A stretch of 32,000 bases of DNA from Candidatus Arthromitus sp. SFB-rat-Yit (lineage in GTDB: Bacteria > Bacillota > Clostridia > Clostridiales > Clostridiaceae): the NCBI RefSeq assembly GCF_000283555.1, contig NC_016012.1:720001-752000 (forward strand), given 5' to 3'. Of this stretch, positions 27,763 to 32,000 are shown piece after piece (positions within the stretch are counted from its first letter, which is position 1; each line of letters starts with the position of its first letter). The notes beneath the pieces are model-generated. The model worked only from the letters and a program-made list of their open reading frames with translations, searched no databases and had not been told where the DNA came from. The position numbers and the translations under genes are program-made.

Positions 27763-28719
27763 CTAGCTGCTTAATTCGTATTCTGCATACTTTTTTAATT
27801 TATTTATCAATTTTTCATTGTCAAATTCCTTATTTCTCAAATAAAATTTAACACCAAATTTTATAAATTTGTATGGAAACTTCATAGATAAATCAAATAA
27901 ACGTTTTTCTATATCGTTGAATTTATAACGATGATTATAAAATTCAAATATTTCATTTAACAATCTCATATCAAATTTATTTTTATAAAACACTCTACGA
28001 GCAAACCTCGCTAGATCGTAAACAAAATTATTAATGCATATTCCACCGAAATCTATGAGATAAATTTTTTTGTTTTTTAATATGAGATTTTGGTAATACA
28101 AACTATTATGACATATTGATTTATTATTGGTTAAAAAATCCTTTATATCGCTTTTGGATAAATCTGATATAATGCTATGTAATATTTTTAACGCTGTATT
28201 TATATTTTCATAATAAAACATATCTATAGAATTCCACGATTTTTTATTTAAAATGATATTTCTTATATTATAAAGATCTATAAGATTTTTATCGAAAACT
28301 ATTTCCCAATTTGAATTATCTTCTATACTCAAATCTGAATAGTCTATACCAGCAAGAGATTTATGAAATAAATAAATAGAATGTATAGATCTCTTGATAT
28401 TTTTAATTTTCCTAAGATCAACTTCAATTCCATCAACCCATGAAAAACAAGAATAATATTTATTACCCAATTTAAAATAAAATTGATTATTATTATTGTG
28501 AAAAATTTTCTGACAAAACTTAAAATTATTTTTATGAAGATAATGAAGAACTTTTTGTATGTTCAATATTTTTTTATCTGACCTAAACTCTTTCAATAAA
28601 ATATTATGACCTTTCGTTGATATCTTATAAACACTCCGAATTTTTTTGATTTTATAATTTTTTATACCATAACTTTCCAGAGTTCTATCTAAATTTTCAT
28701 TGACTTCTACCATATTCAA
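27763..28719 (-). CDS. CotS/YtaA-family spore-coat-associated kinase-like protein (APH fold)
   Basis: YKISTKGHNILLKEF, FSWVDGIEVDL, SICHNSLYYQNLILKNKKIYLIDFGGICINNFVYDLARFARRVFYKN (Brenner-like motif with HN variation). Confidence 0.75.
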   Translation of the reverse strand: MNMVEVNENLDRTLESYGIKNYKIKKIRSVYKISTKGHNILLKEFRSDKKILNIQKVLHYLHKNNFKFCQKIFHNNNNQFYFKLGNKYYSCFSWVDGIEVDLRKIKNIKRSIHSIYLFHKSLAGIDYSDLSIEDNSNWEIVFDKNLIDLYNIRNIILNKKSWNSIDMFYYENINTALKILHSIISDLSKSDIKDFLTNNKSICHNSLYYQNLILKNKKIYLIDFGGICINNFVYDLARFARRVFYKNKFDMRLLNEIFEFYNHRYKFNDIEKRLFDLSMKFPYKFIKFGVKFYLRNKEFDNEKLINKLKKYAEYELSS

Positions 28720-28964
28720 ATTCCTTTAAATAATTATAATACAACATATTAATATACAATAACATCAATATTGTTACTATATTCATCATTTTACCTCTTT
28801 TTAAAATAGTTTTTGGCTAATAACTTTATTAATCCAGTAATTCAAGATATAATAATACTTAATATAAAAATTGTTCAGTAAAATACAGGAAACACATTCT
28901 ATAACAAATAACATAAGTTTTGTAATTTTACTATATTTTAGGATTCAGAAAGGACAAAATGTGA

Positions 28965-30192
28965 ATGAATAAATCTATGATAAACAATATTTCTTCATTG
29001 CTTGAAGATGTTCGTAAGGATATTGCCTATCTTCAGGAACGAGAAGATAATGAAGTCCGCCAAGCAGTAACTGATAGAAGACAAGTTATTACACAGTACA
29101 TAGAAAGTATGTTGGGTGAGTCACTTAATAATCATATTAGTGCTAATAAGCTTGATGATGCTGAATGGCTTGGTGTAATATACCACATTGTCGACTATTT
29201 GGCTGAACCATTCGAGCCTACCAATGCAATTGATCGTGAATTTTGGAGCTTTCTTAAATATATTTGGCAAAACACTGAGGAGACACTCGTTAAAAAGATG
29301 AAAGAAGTATTGAACACTTGGGAAAAAACGCCGAATGGCAAGGCGTTATACTGTGGTTTTGTGGAGTATTTTGAAAAATATCCACTTTGGGGAACATTTT
29401 CCCCTGAACAAGGTGATTTTGATACGTTTGAGCGACGTGCAGCAGTACTCAAACGCCACAGTTATGACTTTTTGTGGCTATTCCGACGTTTAAATGATTA
29501 TCTTTCCAAATCCACATTAATGGCAATTTTATTCAATTGGGCTGTTCTAGATATTGTGTACCCACAAAAGGTAAAGTCGATTTTTAAGGATTATTGGGAG
29601 CCAGATATATTCTCAAATAATGTCGATGATGTACTTGTAGATGTTGGGGCATATGTTGGCGATTCTATTGCAGAGTATTTAAATATGTATGGAACCAAAT
29701 ACAAGCGAATTTATGCTTATGATATTTCACCTGATATTTGCGATACCATGAGGGCAAATATAGAAAAATGGAATCTTCATGATGTAATTATCTGTAACAA
29801 AGGGACAGGTTCACATACAAGTGAAATGTTTTTGAATCGCTCAATCAATGACGCCTCTGCAAACCAATTAACATCAGACGAAAACAGTGGACAACGCATC
29901 AAGGTAGTTGCATTAGATAAAGATCTTCCTGAACCGGTTACCTTTTTGAAAATGGACATCGAAGGTGCTGAATACGACACCCTATTAGGATGTAAAAATA
30001 TTATTTCTAGACAGTCACCCCCCCCCCCCGCCAAAACTTGCAATTTGTGTTTATCACGGGTATGATGACCTCTGGCGTATTCCATCATTGATCGATAACA
30101 TGAATCCGAACTATGAAATGTATTTGAGACACTACGGTGGTAATTTGATTCCAACAGAATTTGTGTTACTTTGTCGTCCACGAAAAAACTGA
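28965..30192 (+). CDS. FkbM-type methyltransferase, frameshifted at a 12-C homopolymer (ORF track stops at 30065; intact with 11 or 14 C)
   Basis: VLVDVGAYVGDSIAEYL...IYAYDISPDICDTMRANIEKWNLHDVIICNKG, VTFLKMDIEGAEYDTLLG. After the C-tract, another frame reads KLAICVYHGYDDLWRIPSLIDNMNPNYEMYLRHYGGNLIPTEFVLLCRPRKN*, the expected FkbM C-terminus. Confidence 0.88.
30018..30029 (+). repeat. Poly-C(12) simple sequence repeat within the FkbM coding region
   Basis: gtca-CCCCCCCCCCCC-gccaaaa read directly. Confidence 0.97.
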
Positions 30193-30233
30193 TTCCTAAA
30201 AATATCTAAAACTTTTAATATTTTTATAATTTT

Positions 30234-30275
30234 ATCGATCTGCAATACTAATATTATTAAACCTTGCAGATCGAT
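30234..30275. terminator. Hairpin downstream of the FkbM gene
   Basis: ATCGATCTGCAA (30234-30245) / TTGCAGATCGAT (30264-30275), 12-bp perfect stem, 18-nt loop. Confidence 0.5.
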
Positions 30276-30286
30276 TATTTGTTGTA

Positions 30287-30649
30287 TTATAAATTAATGT
30301 TTAAATGATTAAGTCCCACGATTATATCGGATATTTTCATATATTTAAAATTAAAATTTTCGTCTACTTTTTTAAATTGATCTATTTCGTAGAAATAATT
30401 TTTAAATTCATTTTTGCCAAAAATATATCGACACCTACTGAAATCATACGAAATTTCATTTATGTAATTATCCAAAATATTTTTCTTTAGTTGATCCTGT
30501 GAAAATTTTATATATGTAAGATTATCATGATTCATATCTATATCAAAAGATTTATTGATTTTTATTTCTTCCAAGTCATTAATAATACTATAATTAAATT
30601 TCATACTACCATTATTTAAATAACTATCATTTATTAAACAATAAAACAT
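30287..30649 (-). CDS. Hypothetical protein, possibly a real small ORF or remnant
   Basis: 120-aa ORF (MFYCLINDSYLNNGSMKFNYSI...GLNHLNINL) in an otherwise empty gap; no recognised motif; start uncertain. Confidence 0.35.
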   Translation of the reverse strand: MFYCLINDSYLNNGSMKFNYSIINDLEEIKINKSFDIDMNHDNLTYIKFSQDQLKKNILDNYINEISYDFSRCRYIFGKNEFKNYFYEIDQFKKVDENFNFKYMKISDIIVGLNHLNINL

Positions 30650-30810
30650 AAAACTGTACCTGACTTTCTAAAAATAAATAATGCTAATATTATATTCATA
30701 TTTTTTTTATTTATTATTGTAAATTTTAACACGCTTGTTATTTAATTTAAGAAAAATTTATGGGGAAGATAGTAAATAAAAGAAACTAATCCATCTATCT
30801 TATATAAAAA

Positions 30811-30836
30811 GGCATAGTCGTAATAACGACTATGCC
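30811..30836 (-). terminator. Terminator downstream of the GH85-like gene
   Basis: GGCATAGTCGT (30811-30821) / ACGACTATGCC (30826-30836), 11-bp perfect stem; the minus strand continues TTTTTATAT. Confidence 0.85.
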
Positions 30837-30850
30837 GATATTTTATAAAT

Positions 30851-32000
30851 TTATTTTTCAATTCCACCTACTTCGATTTCATAAATTCTAACAGCAGAGT
30901 CTGAACCTTGCGTTGGTTTTGTAGCTGTTACTCTTACATATCTTGCAAAAATTGCTTTAAATGTATCTACTGTATTAGAATTAGAATTTTTCTTAACATT
31001 AACAACTTCAGTAAAATTAGTTCCATCTTCACTAACTTCTATAGTGTAATCTGATGTATTCATGGAATCACTTTCTCCACCAGCCTCAGCATGAGCCATT
31101 TTAACTTCACTAACAAGAGCTACATTGCCAAGATCAACTGTTATACTGTGAGGAGGTGTTCCAGTAGCACACCATTTTGTATCTAGCTTTCCATCAAAAG
31201 CAAAGTTTGGAGCTTCATTTGCATTAACAAAGCTTGATGCTTCTGCATTCTTTGAATTAGATAAATTTTTGAAGTTATCTGCATCTTTTGTTACAGTTAT
31301 ATACTCTTCTAGTACTTTTACATTTTCTCCAGAAGAATTTTTAGCTTTTAATGAAACTTTGTACGTTCCCTCATTTTCATATTTTACTTTTGGTGAAAGA
31401 TCAGTGCTAGTTTGGATATTTGCTCCTTCAAATATCCATTCTAAATTTTCAGTAACTTTTGAACTTAAACTTGTAAATGTTATTTCTTCACCTGGTGAAA
31501 CGAGTGTTTTTGAAGCTGTAAAATCTGCCTTAGGTATACTATTATTTGGCCACTCTATTTTAGTTCTAATACCTTTTCCTCTAGACAAATCATTGTTTAC
31601 AGCTACAACTTCTAAAGTTGTGGTGTTTGAATTATTATCTCTTGGTAATGCATTTATAAAGTAATTTTCATTAATTGAGGCACCTAAAAATGTTAAAGAC
31701 TCATCCTCATTTACTTTATAAATTTCATACTGCTTAACATCTTTTTTATTTGATGCATTAAATGAAAGTCTAACTCCTGCATATAGATCTTCTTCTTCAA
31801 ATACAACATCATCAACATTTACTGATGTAATATCTAAAACGTTTACTTTTTTAGAATCTGTTATGCTTATATTTCCAAAATTAATGTTTATATTATTACT
31901 ATCTTTATCGCTTAAAATTTTATAAGATATCGAACGTATAGTTTTTCCAGAAAATTTTGATACATCGAAACCAACTTTTACCCACTCACTGGAAACATTT
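30851..32000 (-). CDS. C-terminal part of a probable endo-beta-N-acetylglucosaminidase (GH85-like), with PKD-like and F5/8-type C (discoidin) modules; 5' end beyond window
   Basis: ORF track starts at an internal TTG (31588), but the frame is open to base 32000 (NVSSEWVKVGFDVSKFSGKTIRSISYKILSDKDSNININFGNISITD...DVVFEEEDLYAGVRLSFNAS). PKD-like: KADFTASKTLVSPGEEITFTSLSSKVTENLEWIFEG; F5/8C: NAEASSFVNANEAPNFAFDGKLDTKWCA...HSITVDLGN...ARYVRVTATKP. Confidence 0.75.
   Translation of the reverse strand, partial: NVSSEWVKVGFDVSKFSGKTIRSISYKILSDKDSNNININFGNISITDSKKVNVLDITSVNVDDVVFEEEDLYAGVRLSFNASNKKDVKQYEIYKVNEDESLTFLGASINENYFINALPRDNNSNTTTLEVVAVNNDLSRGKGIRTKIEWPNNSIPKADFTASKTLVSPGEEITFTSLSSKVTENLEWIFEGANIQTSTDLSPKVKYENEGTYKVSLKAKNSSGENVKVLEEYITVTKDADNFKNLSNSKNAEASSFVNANEAPNFAFDGKLDTKWCATGTPPHSITVDLGNVALVSEVKMAHAEAGGESDSMNTSDYTIEVSEDGTNFTEVVNVKKNSNSNTVDTFKAIFARYVRVTATKPTQGSDSAVRIYEIEVGGIEK

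Noticed and set aside
30018-30029. Poly-C frameshift dismissed as a simple sequencing error
   Set aside because: Cannot be excluded from one sequence, but long homopolymers in coding DNA are intrinsically slippage-prone, so it is kept as a phase-variation prediction requiring read-level confirmation.
29777-30181. Minus-strand ORF of 134 aa (and 29195-29452) within the FkbM gene
   Set aside because: Shadow ORFs; the plus strand encodes the methyltransferase domain across the same span, including past the poly-C frameshift.
31269-31664. Plus-strand ORF of 131 aa
   Set aside because: Antisense to the PKD-like region of the GH85-like gene; minus-strand coding is continuous to the window edge.

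Overview
AT-rich, Firmicutes/Clostridia-like chromosome window. Gene content (spoVS, CotS-like kinase) suggests a spore former. The phylogenetic guess of segmented filamentous bacteria or a relative is inference only. The left part (1-16.4 kb) is conserved housekeeping: ftsK/spoIIIE (partial), rimO, pgsA, recA, rny, spoVS, HPr, a XerC/D-type recombinase, then on the minus strand ynbB-like, miaA, mutL, mutS, miaB. The accessory part (16.5-32 kb) carries most of the interest: (i) a lone type I HsdS with three perfect 12-bp TAEL-encoding repeats; (ii) a secreted PI-PLC-fold protein that appears to lack the canonical catalytic residues; (iii) two tandem small secreted proteins of unknown function beside a GntR/ABC-transporter operon, which is flanked by 43-bp near-identical promoter-like repeats; (iv) a pyrR-uraA intergenic RNA that reads as a PyrR-controlled Shine-Dalgarno sequestration switch; (v) an FkbM-type methyltransferase gene interrupted by a 12-C homopolymer, with the missing C-terminus intact in another frame (predicted phase variation); (vi) the C-terminal end of a probable GH85 endo-beta-N-acetylglucosaminidase with PKD and F5/8C-type modules. 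No rRNA, tRNA, CRISPR array or transposase was recognised.
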